NCBI GenBank assembly: GCA_000934665.2 | Contig: JYFJ02000135.1 | Location: 1-64,000 of the forward strand | Reading direction: 5' to 3' | DNA length: 64,000 bases | Source: Catajapyx aquilonaris | Lineage: Eukaryota | Shown: in pieces, positions 50,853 through 63,800 of the stretch | How the letters are laid out: each line of letters begins with the position of its first letter | Numbering within the stretch: position 1 is the first letter of the stretch | Position numbers and translations under genes: made by a program | Notes under the pieces: generated by a model | The model's input: the letters and a program-made list of their open reading frames with translations, nothing else | What the model was told of the DNA's origin: nothing | Databases searched by the model: none

Positions 50853-53800
50853 CGCTGATATGGACACACATGGCACTCTTTTGTGGAGCACTTAAATGCT
50901 CCAATTATCGACAATTACGTTCAGCTGTCATACCCAATCGAGGGTTGCCATTCGGACCTCTCGCAGATTTTGACGTTGATTGCGATGACTGGTTGCGCGT
51001 ATTCTTACGCATAATTGAGGCTGTTTTGCGCCGCTTGTAACTGAGTGGAATTATATTCATGGCTGGGGCTCTGGCTGCTGCTGCCTCATTTCATTGATTA
51101 CTCGCTCACAGCATTTGCCTCGCCACATGTCAAACCGCTGATCATCTCGTCATTGCCGTTATTACAGCATAATTAACAAAACTTATGGTAACAGAAGCGT
51201 TAATTAGTGGCTCCGCACTGAATCAAGTTGGAAGGAGCAAAGAAATGAGTTGGGAAAGGTTTTAGAAGTTGATGAATTATTCCTTGGAACGTCAATTGCT
51301 CTTACGCTACTGGAAGGAATCAAAAGTGCGGTTTCATCGTCTTTGGATGTTACAACCAGTAAGCAGCTAACTGTTGGGTTCATTACTCGAAGTTAATATA
51401 AGCAGCTCCCAATATAGAAAACAAAAATGTCAAAATATTAGCTACAATCCTTTCTCATCGAATGGGTTCCAATCACACCCATATGATAGGACTTCTATAG
51501 GTATCCCCCCCAGCATAGAAGTGTCCGAGCCTAGAGTCGTCTCTTCGGAAGAGGTCGAGTTGCGGAAGCAGCGGCCCTCGACTTTTGGAAAATGAAATTG
51601 TCATTATTAGGAAGGAGGCATTACTCACAAGAAATGGCAGTTTCCCCTGAAATTGCAATGGTGGAAAAATGAACAAAAATCACAGTGGGGCACTTCTGTC
51701 GTCGGCTTGTATCACGACTTGGGAGGGAGGGGGGGGGGGGGGTAGAAGGAAGAAAGTGGGGGGCAGCTGCGAAACGAGCCGGCCGCCCGGACACTTTTGT
51801 CAATACAAGGGCCGGCAATAAAGAGCACGCGTGACACCCGAGGAATGACGAAACTTGGGAAGGAAGGGAACCTTTTGCGGAGCCCTTTGCTCCCCAACTT
51901 TGCGGCCATTCGACCAACTTGTCTCTCTTCCTTAGAGCAGCCGCTCCATTCCTATAGTCCTTCCTAATTCGCTTTTTAGGGCCACCGGCCTGGCCCAATT
52001 AGAGTGATCACTGGCAAAATAAACCCGGCCATTATTAGTCAATTCTGTCGATTTTCTAGAAAATTGGGTCAGCAACGATTAGATTTTTTGGAGGAAGAGT
52101 GTTGCGGTGGGTTCCAGCTGGACCTACCCAGTTTGTCCCAAAATTAACTCGTAATAAGTTTTTTAGTGCTGTCTTTAGCCTAGTGGTCGTAATAATGGTG
52201 GAGAGATGCTCATTCTGGAAAAATTAATCGGGGGCCTGCCCTTTTCCGATTGTCTTTGTTCGGGTGGTCATAAAAGGACACTTACATTGTTGTAGTAGCG
52301 CGCTAGGGAGAGGGTTCAAATGACCCCTCCTGGTCCCCCTCCACCCCACCGATATTGAATTTGGCCTGCCGGGAAGCAATAATCATCTGCGGGGACAATA
52401 AATTGGGTGGATTCAATGCAAGGATCACGAAATGTTTTAGCGATATCACGGGCGGACAGTAAAGCCCAAATGCGTAATAGTTTATGACCGACGGTGGTTG
52501 CCAATACTTTTTTTTTTTGCCCCATCGCAGGTCATTTATGACGCTTTGCCCATTAATGTGTTGACGTTCAGTTCCAACCGAAAGAGACTCGTCACTGCCA
52601 CCGTTCATTTTTGTCGACCTGATTTGGCCCAAAATAATAACTTTTGCCAACATATTAATCATTACTTTGATGCACTGCACCGAAGAGTAATGAAATAGGG
52701 CGTCAAAGGTGCTGGTAATTCGCGTTTTAAAATGGCGAACTTTGTCACTGACTTCAGTAGCAAGAAAAACATTTGCTGTCGTCAATCAACCAACCAGATA
52801 TTGCTTTTTTAGTCCGCTTTTCCTGCCACGTCCCATTATAGTCGAAAAGGGCCTCAGCAATGAAAGCCACTCTTGCTGCTGGAGAAGAAGAGCGCAATCT
52901 AGAGCGGCGCTGTAATCTATTCGACTAAACGTAGAAACATTTCCCAATTGGTAAATTTGGCGATGGACCTTCCTCTCATTCCCTCCTACCCCTATACCCC
53001 CACCCACTTCTCCATCTCGTCCTCTTGAAGACGTGCCAAGCTGGCACCCTGCTTGCCAAAACGATTAATTAAGGCCAGTTGAATTATTGGTTGGTTGGGA
53101 CGGCATCTCCCTCCGTCTATATTGTAATGTAGGCCTCGTCGCATCTTCTGGCCATAGGCCCATTTGCTAGCACTATTCTGCTGGAAAGCTGTCACTCACC
53201 TGCTGGCCTGAAGGTGGGAATGGCAATAGATGGCGCTGGGATGCATCGAAGCTTCGCTTGCCACGTCAACGGATGGCGCTGGCTGCAATGAAGCTTCACC
53301 TGCGCTGTCAGCAGATGTCAGCACCCTATTTCATCCACATTAATGCTTCAAGACAGAAGTTTCAAAAGGGGGTGTGATTTATCTTCTCTCGTAAGTAAAA
53401 ATGGTCGCGTTTAATGTCACAAATCCGGCAGGGCGCAGGGATATTTCAAGTGTGACGACCGAGCCGGAGCATTAGTTGGCATGCAGAGGCGGGAGATATA
53501 TGACACCTGCAACTACAAGAACCAGGTGTAATAAATAGGCCGCAATTCATGGGGTCTCCCGTATGACATCTCCCTCCCAGAGTTTTTCACCTTCGCTCTT
53601 AGCAAAAGGCTGGAGGGGAGGCCGTTTTGGCACGCGAGATATGCAAAGACTAATGCGCCGCCTCTGAAGAATAGCCTGGCATGTAGTTATGCACTTTACT
53701 TGGGCGTATGAGGAATGACATGTTTCTGTCACATTTGTCAAGCCCCAGGCGCTGTGATGAAATTAAACATCTGTGCTCCTCAGGATGGGGTGAGTCTGAA

Positions 53801-55965
53801 TTGAAAATTTGGGGAATGAAAATTTTTTGAACACCTTTTGTGGGAAATTTTTTGACCGTAATATTTGCGATTCTCCACCCTCTTCCGTTGGTGGTAATGG
53901 CCGGAATCACCTTATTACCATGAGTCCGTCCCCCTCTCTCTCGATATAATTTTTACGTCTCTCAATATTCAAGACACCTGGCGGAGTCCTGGGAACGGAA
54001 TGCAAAAGTCTGGTAAAATCCAGCAAAAAGAATTACTGAGCGTCCCAAAATTACCATCCCAGTCACAATTGGACCATTCTTTAGTCCGGGTCCTGACGGT
54101 TAAATTGGTCATCCACCAGCCACTTGGCACCTTGTTGGCTCTTTGACTCCAAAAAATTTGGCCCACATTGTTGCGACACCGCAAAATTGGTCAACCTGGC
54201 GACAATGACGGTCAGCCACCTCCGGAGTGAATGGACCCAATATTCAAAAAGCGACTTATGAATTTTCTTTCAGTTTTTTTTGTGGGACACGTCAGCCTGT
54301 GTGTGTATTCTGCCACCGTTGTCTTCCATTCTCCGGTACAATTCACAATTCCCAGACCGCAAATCTCGTCCGGAGTTGTCACCAATTAGATGCAGAGGGT
54401 AGAATGAAAAGAAAATTCTCCCAGGACTTGAGTGAAGCTCCATGTGCGGATGGCGAAACAAATACGGCGCCAATGGATAAGAAGTGCCTTCTCCTAAGAA
54501 AAGATGAAGTAAAAAAGTGAAGGCACGTCATGGCAGACTGCTGCACAACTCCTTTGTCCTCATCTTTCGGTTCTGGCCTTTTGCAGACGAGACTTAAGCA
54601 GAAATGATTTCTCCTATTGTAGCTCTTTACACACCCTGATGGATGGCCCCTAGAGAAACCCCTCCTTTTTTGAGGCCAAACTATATATAATATAAAAAAA
54701 TATCAAAATTGAGCCGAATCTGATAACGTGTCGGTCCACTTTCAACGCTGCCCTTTTAAAGTCAAGGAGAATTAGGACCCGTCTTTCCATGTCCGACAAG
54801 GAGTGTATTGTATGAATTCAGATGCTGAATTCGCCATCCCCTTACACCATTGTATGCATTTCAATGTGAATTGAATTGCAAAGCAATTGTAGCGCGGTTT
54901 CACCTCATTTTTCCCCGCACTATCTTAAAAGTAACTATATGAACAGGGTGATCCAACAGCCCAGAAACACTTACTCCCCCCTTCAGGAATGCATTCGACA
55001 CCACCAACCCTAGCTTAATTTGCTTAATTACACCTTAATTTGGAGAATCCTCCGCACACCCTTCCACCAAAAAAATCTGGTCCAGCGGTCCTTTTCAGAT
55101 GTCATGCTCCTGGTCCCGTGGGAAAGCTGTGTGTCTGCGCCTGACAGGACAAGCAGTGCATTTGAGATGGAATGAAGAGAGAAGTTGGTATGGAATTTTG
55201 GGGGAAGTTGAGGGGGGGAAACTGCAGTAGGGGTATGGCGGGGGAGGCAGGGAGGGTTTTAGATCTGGTTGAGCTCCATCTCCACACCCAAATTAACTGG
55301 CATCGTTTCGAGGAAAGCTTTTGGCTCCCTTGTCCGTGCGGTTTGGCAGAAGCCCCCTCCGAATGACAGCGGATACAGCAACGTGATAATTGCAGATAGC
55401 ACTGCGTTGCTAAATAGCATAATCCAGGCTACTTCGTCTTGCCCCGATGCAGCAAAGGCTCTTAAGGCTGACGCTAAATTTTGACTGAAAATGCCTCGTT
55501 TTGCACAAAAAAAGACTTGCCTCTCTGGGGCTATTTTACCTAGGTAATAAGTGGAACGACGCTAATGACCTCGCTGTTTCCTCGTTTGATTGCAAAACGG
55601 GATGATTCGCACTGGAGGACAGGATTACGAGTCGAGCCCAGCCTGGTTTTCGGAGCCAACAAGGTGCGGTTGTTACTAGCATTGTTATTGGGGGCTACTT
55701 TATGAGTGGAGCGTGTTCAAGGAGCAGTTTGAGGGTTTTGGGAGGGATTCGTACCTTGACGGGGATCTCTTCTTTGATGGGATTTGATGATGTTTTTATT
55801 TTTTGGTGACATTTTCAATACATCGATAGCTGGCGACATGGACTGTGGTCATGGGTTGAGGCTAGCTGAAAAATATCTGCAATCAGCATCATGGCGGCTC
55901 AAATTCTAAAGTGAACCAAACATAAGAAAAACTAGGGTGAAATTCATTCCTATTATTATTTTACC

Positions 55966-55971
55966 TTTATT
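55966..55971 (-). promoter_or_regulatory. Candidate polyadenylation signal of tsh/tio
   Basis: AATAAA on the minus strand, followed ~25 nt later by CA and then a U/GU-rich tract (GTTTTTCTTATGTTTGGTT). Several upstream TGTA motifs lie within ~250 nt. Confidence 0.45.
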
Positions 55972-56019
55972 AAAGTCATAATAACCTTACATTGGAAGCT
56001 CACGGAAGGGGGCAATCCA

Positions 56020-56056
56020 TAATAATAATAATTATAATAATAATTATAATAATAAT
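56020..56056. repeat. Imperfect (AAT)n microsatellite
   Basis: taataataataattataataataattataataataat. Confidence 0.8.
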
Positions 56057-59000
56057 TTACAATATAACTGTACATAAAAAACACAACGTAATTCCTCCCT
56101 GTACAGTCAAATGTACGTTGTTGTGACACATATGTCCGTTCGGGCTGAGTAACATTGAACCAAATGCAAAGATGAGGATCAACCTGGTATTAAAGAGCAC
56201 ACATGTACAGTATACGTGCAAGAAAGAATATACTCTTTCCCATCGTTTTTAATGGTACGTACTTCCCCGCATTTAAGAACGTGAAGATAAATCACAAGAG
56301 CGATATATTTTTTTTTTCTGGAACGCCCACTAAACAAGAAAAGTAGAGGTATTTTGTCTGCCATTATTATTATTACTAAATTGTTCATTCCCAAACTTGG
56401 CGCCATTGTGGTTCCATTGAGTGAGGTGAAGACGGAGTGAACACAAAAAATATATGTTCATATTCGGCATCGGCAATAATAATACATGAGGGCTCCAAGT
56501 TTAGGGAATGCACAGTTCTCCAATCGTCCAAAGTCAGACGGGTGACACACAAAAAAACAGAGAAATAGGTGGCAAGTTCCTTTTGATTTTGGAAGCAGCT
56601 CGAGTTGTCTGCAACAACACCTCCCCAACTTTCCTATTCCTCCCCTCCCTCCCTCCCGCCCTCCCACCCCCTTGAAACCCACCCACCCAGTTAAAGAAGT
56701 CTTGCTCAGATCCCGCAGTACAGATTCCCCAAGTTACTGCACGATAATTCACTGAAGATATTGAGCGTAAGATAAGGCTCGTCTGCTCATTCGAACTTTG
56801 TAAGTCGTAGAATGCTTAATGTCTTTCCTTTGGATTCCTCCTTGAAACATTTCTCCCCAGTCTCTCATTTGAAGCACGAGTGATTCAGGGCTCCGAGGTA
56901 TCCCGGCGACAACCAACAGCCTTCTCTCTCACTGATACCGAAATACTATCGTTTTCCTTCCATCGCCTTTTCCCCTTCTTAGAATCCAGCTTAATCTAAG
57001 ACTCAGGTACGTCGTTCCCTATAATATCAGCAGGCCGCCATCTTTGGTCACAACACTCTTAAAACTTCGCACGAAATTTGTTTAAAAGTTCCAAATGACA
57101 TCACCGGGTGTTGTCACTACTTACAGAAACAGTGTCATTTGGACCTTATTAAAATATAAGTACACCGGATTACACTTAACTGACTAAATAACACTGCAAA
57201 GTGTGTGATAAAAAGCGTTTCAACGCATAATATTACACATTTAGTAGCATTACAAACAAGCATTTTATGCACAAAAAAAGGTATGTATAATGTGCATACC
57301 AAGTTAGGAGTGAATGACGCCTGCCCGGCTTGTGACCTGACCAAAAATCCAGTTTTTGATATGTGCCCGGTAGGCCATCAGACGGGAAATTATCCTGAAG
57401 GGATTTTGCCTTGCCATGCGTGTCGTTCACACGTTGTACTGCTACTGAAACAAGGTAAATAATGGGGCATAACTGCTCCGGATGCCACAAGGTAGCCACT
57501 TCCTCCGCCGAATTAAAAGAAGAAAAAAAAAGATGGTCGCCCTTCTGGATTGGCATCTATTCGCAAAATGCGCACTGAAGTGAGTCCGAAATATGATGGT
57601 ATGGGATTAAAAATTCGCAGTGTTTCGCTTCCGGGAAGGACTCCTAATTACAGGCTAGATATACGAATCCGATAAAAAGAAGAGGGAAGGAGTCAATATC
57701 TCCAAGTCTCTTCAAGGCTTGCAACGCTCCAGATGCGCCCTAAACCCTGCTCACACTCTTCCGGTCCACTTTCATTGGCAAAAATCATAATCTTTGAGTG
57801 GGAAACCCGTTGCGGAAGAAACGTGACTGGCATTCCTTCTGGTTCAGTTCATAAAGCTTAATCTGGCCAGCTTTCGCCATCTTAACACCTCCACAAAAAT
57901 GCCATTTTTTTTCTTCTTTCCCCCTAGAGCTGTAATCTGGAGGACCTCCCATGGCTATTCTTTTAATGCAATCTATCATTATCATCGAAGGGGTCATCTC
58001 AGCAAGACATGTCCTCTTATCGTCCGGAGAAAAACCTGACAAACTGTCTCCGCTCAGGACCTCGGGGGTATGGGATGTTTTTTTTTTTTGTGGGTGGGTG
58101 GGGGGGAGGGAAAACCTCAGGCTGTGGCTAAACGAGAGACTCCGGGAGACGTGATTTGTCAAAACAGGGCGGCTTTATGCAGCAACTTATACCTCTTTTC
58201 CCTTCCATCTCTTGGGGGGGCTTCCGACATCCACCCTCGAAAACTCGGTCGGCTTATGCACTGGCATTTCCACGGGTGACACTGTCCTGGCTGTCCTCTG
58301 GGAACCTCTCTCTGTTTTTTTAACGACCGTGCCGTAATCCATGTCACTGCATCAGTTCTCAGATTACAATAAATCCTTGATCGGCACTTGGTGCATGCGT
58401 GCAAGATGGCGGACTCTTTTGTTTCGGGGCGAAGTCTAGCGGCGGTTTAGAGGACTGATATCGGCTAGGGGCATCTCCCCCTCAGGACTCGTTTGGAAAC
58501 GCCCTGTCTAACGGACACCTTTGCCCATTTCCTCCTCGCTTAAACAGGGAAACAGATTCCGCTATCGATTACTTTATCGCCGTAGTAAAGGTTACGACCC
58601 GAAAAGAATCCAATTCGGCATCAAATTCTACCCCGTATGCATAAAATCGGGTTACGCGTCATAAACGGAAGATCAAGACTCAAGTTTTATTCCGAGACTC
58701 TTGAATAGACCTGATTTCTTTTTTTTTCTTTTTTTGTCGATATGGAGTACAGGGGGTGTTGCAAAACTCGAAATGAAGTCGGTGGAGATTTCATTAGCTT
58801 GATAGTCGTTAGACCGTGGCACGAAATCTCACAGGTGATAAATTAACCATGCGATTACGCTGTAACTCGGTTCAGCATGGTTAAGAGTACGTTTGACGTT
58901 GATGGCAAATACGGCGCAGTTACGAAACGTCTGGCGCAATGTAACTCGGTTGTTGTGCACAGTGCGGTGTCCTGAAACTTTGTTGACGGGGAAGAGACGC

Positions 59001-60177
59001 CCAAACGTGTGGCCCGCGGGGGTCAGCAGTGCCCTAATCATAGGCAGGTAATTAAGTTCAAACCGCTACTTATCTCCAGCGGCACTTTGTAGCATTTGCA
59101 AAGAGGGGGAAGAGGCGACCAAGGAAGAATTTGGACACTTCTCTTACAGCTGCCCCGGATTTCAAAGGGGGCGGCCCAAGGAAGTACTAAACGTGATTCC
59201 CGGAAACCCAACGTTGCAAACTTTCTTCTAAGCCATACCCTCGGGGGCAGAGGAGGAGGGGTCACTGTTGACGTCGCTTTAGTGACGCCACTAACTGCTG
59301 ACTACTTGGGGGGGGGGGGGGGGGGGGCAAANTGTACATCGTCAGTCCCACCTACTTATTTCCAGCAGACCTAATTTACGCCACTGATATTCAACAATCA
59401 AAGTTAGAGAAAGGCACGCAAAAGTTATGTATTATTTTTTTATAGCCCCGCATAGACCCCATTCTAAATGGGACTTGCGGGGGTGTGCTTACATAAAGGA
59501 CACGTATGGAAAGACAAAGCGAGTGTGCAATCCAGTTGTTCTCGAACGAGTTGTGTGAAACCTTAATAAAAAAACTCATACTCAAAAAAATAAATTAATG
59601 ACATCACAACCAAGGAATATCCAGGATGTTCTCTCTCTTCTCTCTGTGTTCAAAACGCGTATTGCGAACTGTACATGAATATATATCACCCTTCCCCGAC
59701 ACGTTTAAAGTCATGTCAGACCTGATGAAAAAGCAGACGAGCACCGAAAAAAATGAGTATCCCTGTTTGGCATCGTTTGACTAAAATTGTGACCTTCCCT
59801 ATTCAATCACTTTTTTCTAGAAAAAAAAATCCCCTTTTGTATACGTTGTCAGACTACGCAAGCTCAGGAACCCATTCACACACATTGAAACAGTTCGTGT
59901 CGTTTCTCCCAAAGGAAGAAAAAAAAATCCGCACCCACACAACTTGCATTGCAAAAACTATAACCTATAGCTTACATACACTGTACATACGTTTACAACC
60001 ACTGAGAGACTTTGGCCCGTCCTCGATTATACATGATTCCCCCCTACAATTTATCGCAGGTATTATCCGCTAATAAACAATACCCGCCGTAGTAGTATAC
60101 AGCAGATATTATTATTATTATTTTGAAGTTCCTAAAAATGTCCTACAGCACACGCATAATCAATTTGCGGTTGCACT

Positions 60178-60223
60178 TTGCTTGCTTGCTTGCTTGCTTG
60201 CTTGCTGCTGCTGCTGCTGCTGC
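60178..60223. repeat. Compound (GCTT)n(GCT)n microsatellite in the tsh/tio 3' region
   Basis: ttgcttgcttgcttgcttgcttgcttgctgctgctgctgctgctgc. Confidence 0.9.
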
Positions 60224-60784
60224 CGCCCTCCCCCGGTCCTCCCCACCTCCACAACACGCACAGTCATTATCTGGCAAAGTAGGCGACGTTCGTTCACATA
60301 TATGTATTTTACATATCCCACGGCAACACCTGTCTGGACCAGATAGAAATGTGACCGGCGAATGGAAACGAGAATTTTGACGCCATGGACCCACCTTCTC
60401 TTCAGGCTCCCCCATCTCCCTATTGTGAGGGAAATCGAATGCTTTACCAGGCCTGCAGGGTAAATTCGCTTTTACATTCGAGCTCACGAAAATGATAAGC
60501 AAAAGCGGATGTATCCCGCCTGAGGTTGTGCCGTTGCCGCGGTCCATTTTGACACGCCGTCCCCTCCCTCCCACCCTCCCATACTCCCCAAAAACCCGCT
60601 TCTAGAGAATGTTAGAGGAGGTGAGTGTCAAAAGGGGGAGGCCTAATCTTGGCATTGTATGAAGCTAATCACAATTCCCGAAAGTGAGCTATAGGACGAT
60701 GAGACACATACAAATGCATACTGTTGGCAATTATTATTTTTTAAACATGTTTTTTAAACCTGGGAGAATCGTCACAAATAGGGG

Positions 60785-60785
60785 G

Positions 60786-60820
<35 letters not shown>
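60785..60820. repeat. (GTT)12 microsatellite; reads (CAA)n on the tsh/tio strand, ~25 nt after the stop
   Basis: Perfect trinucleotide run. Confidence 0.95.
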
Positions 60821-60821
<1 letters not shown>

Positions 60822-60845
60822 TCGGTGGGGGTGGGGAGACCATCA

Positions 60846-63800
60846 TCACACATATTTGCTGCTTAGCTGCTTGGCTAGTTCTGTGTACTTGAGAAACTTG
60901 GAGTGCGGCGACTCCTCAAAGTTGGGCGGCGGGGGCTGGGGACTCTTGCCCGCGGAGGCTGCCGAGGATGAGGTGGAGGAGGCTTTCCCGCCCGGATTCT
61001 GGTTCTTTATGGCCAGGGCGTCAGGGATGGCTCCGTCCTTCACAAAGTGCATTTTGGACAGGTGGTGGCGATAGGCGCCTTTGGAGATGAAGGGGGTGTC
61101 ACAGAACGCGCACTTCATGATGGAGTCCGTCATCACGGCGTCGTTGCAGGCCCAGCTGAAGGCCAGGATGGCCCCCGGTGTCCCCTGGTTGCCGGACGCG
61201 TACGTACCGGAGGTCCCCGGCCGGCTGGCGTGGGACTCGGTCTTGTCGCACAGCTTCTGGAGGGCGGCCAGCGGGTGGCTGCTGCCCTCGGCCGGCGCCC
61301 CGGACAGGTTATCGAACATGGAGGACAGTGCGCTCAGGCTGCTGGCCGCACTGTCCGAAGACGACTTGCCTTTGCTGCTCTTGGGCGGAGGCCCGGGGGA
61401 GGAGGCCGCCGCCGCAGGAGGGGTTGGCTCCGGAGACTCCCGCTTCTTCTCACTTCTGGAAGCACAGGAGAGGTCGGAGCGGTCGCTGGTGGTGCTGGGG
61501 CAGGGGCTGGGGGCCTCCGAGCCGGTCTTGGTCGGGGTGGGCGTCCCGTTGGTCACCCGGTCAGCCGAGGCCGGAGGGGAGGTGGCCACCGGGGAGGTCA
61601 CGGGGGTCGCAGCGTCCTTCCTGTCGTCTGCGTCAGGTACTTTCCCGTCCTCAACCTCGCTTTTGTCTTTGTCGTCACCGTCCACCGACTCCTTGGCTGG
61701 TGACACCGGCGGTGACTCCTTGGGCTCCGACTTGTCGTCCTGGAGGGGGTCAGGGTGGGTGCCGTTGTCTTTCGGCTGGGGGGTGGAGCGGAGCGAGGGC
61801 GGGGGCGGAGGAGAGGACATCTCGGGGGTGGATTTTTCGGAAGGAGGCTTGGAGTCTTTCTTCTGCCTCTGCTGCGGTGGGCTTTTGGGCGAGGAAGGAG
61901 GTGCGCTGGCGGTGCTACCTGCGGGAGAGGTCACGGACTCGGTACCGACGCCGTTCCCGCTGCGAAAGGAGCCCGAGGCAGCGCTGGCGTCACCTTTGAC
62001 CTTGTCCGACATTGCACTGGACTCGCTCCCGCTCCTCTCCCTCTGCTGGTACTGGTAACACCTGAGGAAGTTCATGGTCTGGGGATCGACCAGGGGTTTG
62101 GTGTAGTCCACACTCTCGTCAATGCCCAACCTCTTCAGGATGCTGGATCCGACGGGTGTGCCTCCGAAAGTCTGCCTGGCTCTCGAGTCGAAACTCTTCT
62201 CGATCAGCTTCTCGATGGCGTTCAGTACGGATGGAGATCCCTCCTGATCCCCTGAGCTCCCCTCCCCAGTTCCTCCTCCACTCCCTGTGCTCTTGTGGGA
62301 GCTGTTTGTGCCTTTGCTGCTGCTGCTCTCTTTGGTGGTTCCAGAAGCTGCTTCGGGTGGCGTGGGTCTGCCGTCCGAATGCTCCGATTTGGGCTCCTTC
62401 TTCACCGTGGAATCAGGTGACTCGGCTGGGTCGGCACCGGGGGACATGAGCGCGCTCTTGAGCAGGTTTCTTTGGCTGTTGCCCAAGCACTGTCGAATGT
62501 GGTCGACAAACAAGGGCGTCTCGATCTTGTCCCCGCACTTTTCGCACGTTATCCGACCCGTGTTGTCCTTGGATCCGCTCTTCCCGTCGGTGTTCTTCAG
62601 TTCGTTCTGCGCCCTCTCCAGTTCCAGTAACTTCCTGACAGGAAGAGACTTCTTCCTCTTCTCTCTCGTCTGCCTCCGACGACCCCCGCTCTCGGTGATT
62701 GACCTCATGATGTGCTCTTTGTAGTGAGAGTTCTTGACCATGTGATTGCTCAGTTCTTTGAGGCTGCTGAAGGCCTGGTCGCACACCTTGCAGGTGAGCA
62801 CCGCGCTGACGTGGCTCTGGTTGTTGGTCTTGTCGTCCGCCGAGCGCCAGGAGATGATCTGTTCCTGGGATATGATGTTGGTGTAGTGTTGTGTCTGTTG
62901 CATGTGAGCCGTCATTTCGGCCAGACTCCTGAAGCTTTGTCCGCACCACATGCATTTGAGGATCTGCCGGGTCTGCTCGGCTCCTTTTCCCAGCCAAACG
63001 TCTTGGCCGCGAACCAGTTTCCGAGGCAGGGGCATGGTTTCCTTGATCAGGAGGTTGAGGTCAGGGGAGCTCTTGCTGGAGGTAGAAGGTGCCTGGATGG
63101 ACATGGATGGTGTGGAGTTGGGAGGTTGCGTCTGGTGCGAGGATGAGGAGATGGGGGTACTGGGAGATGAGATGCTGGCGGCGGGGCTGCTCGACGGAGG
63201 GGTCAAGTTGGGCACGCTGACCCCGCAGTGCTTGGCCTCCTTCATGTGCGCCGTCATGGCTGCCAGAGACGGGAAGCTCTGCTTGCACCACACGCACTTG
63301 AGGACGTCCTTGGCCTGCTCTGCCCCCTTGTTCAGCCAGTGGGTCTGCCAGGCACTGGGCCTGCCACCGGCACCCAGGGCGTTCCTGAAGATGTCCGCCG
63401 CGTCCCCTCCCAACCTGCTCAGTTCGGTCATCTTCTCCAAGGCCTTGCTGGCCTCGCTGGGGGTATTCGTTGGGGCTGGGGCGTAAGGTGAGTGGCCGGG
63501 ACTCATCATGCTCTTATCCAGCTTGAGCTTCCCGTTCCAGAGCGGGATCTCTGAACTCTTAGGTGACAGGGAATTGGGGTTGAAAAATGGAAACTGCATG
63601 CCCCAAGGTGACCCCGGCTTGAACGAGGCCGATCCTTGCTCCACGCGGGCAGACTTCTTGGCGGTGGGCCCGTGGTTCTCCCCTCCGATCCTCTTCCGTG
63701 GTACGGACAGGTCCAGAGGGCTGTCCCCTGCGCCAGTGGCTGGAGGTGATGGGCTGCTGGTGTTCTGCGACGATTTGCTGAGGTTGAGTGCGCCACCATC

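Noticed and set aside
55558..55580. GCTAATGACCTCGCTGTT resembling a non-LTR element 3' tail
   Set aside because: Too short, with no closing stem, tail or TSD.
60843..60848. Stop-codon readthrough of tsh/tio into the (CAA)n tract to give poly-Gln
   Set aside because: The ORF ends in tandem TGA TGA, making readthrough unlikely.
60856..63491. Long plus-strand ORFs (e.g. 61081..62058, 61178..61999, 62950..63486)
   Set aside because: Antisense shadows of the GC-rich tsh/tio coding exon; no recognisable domains.
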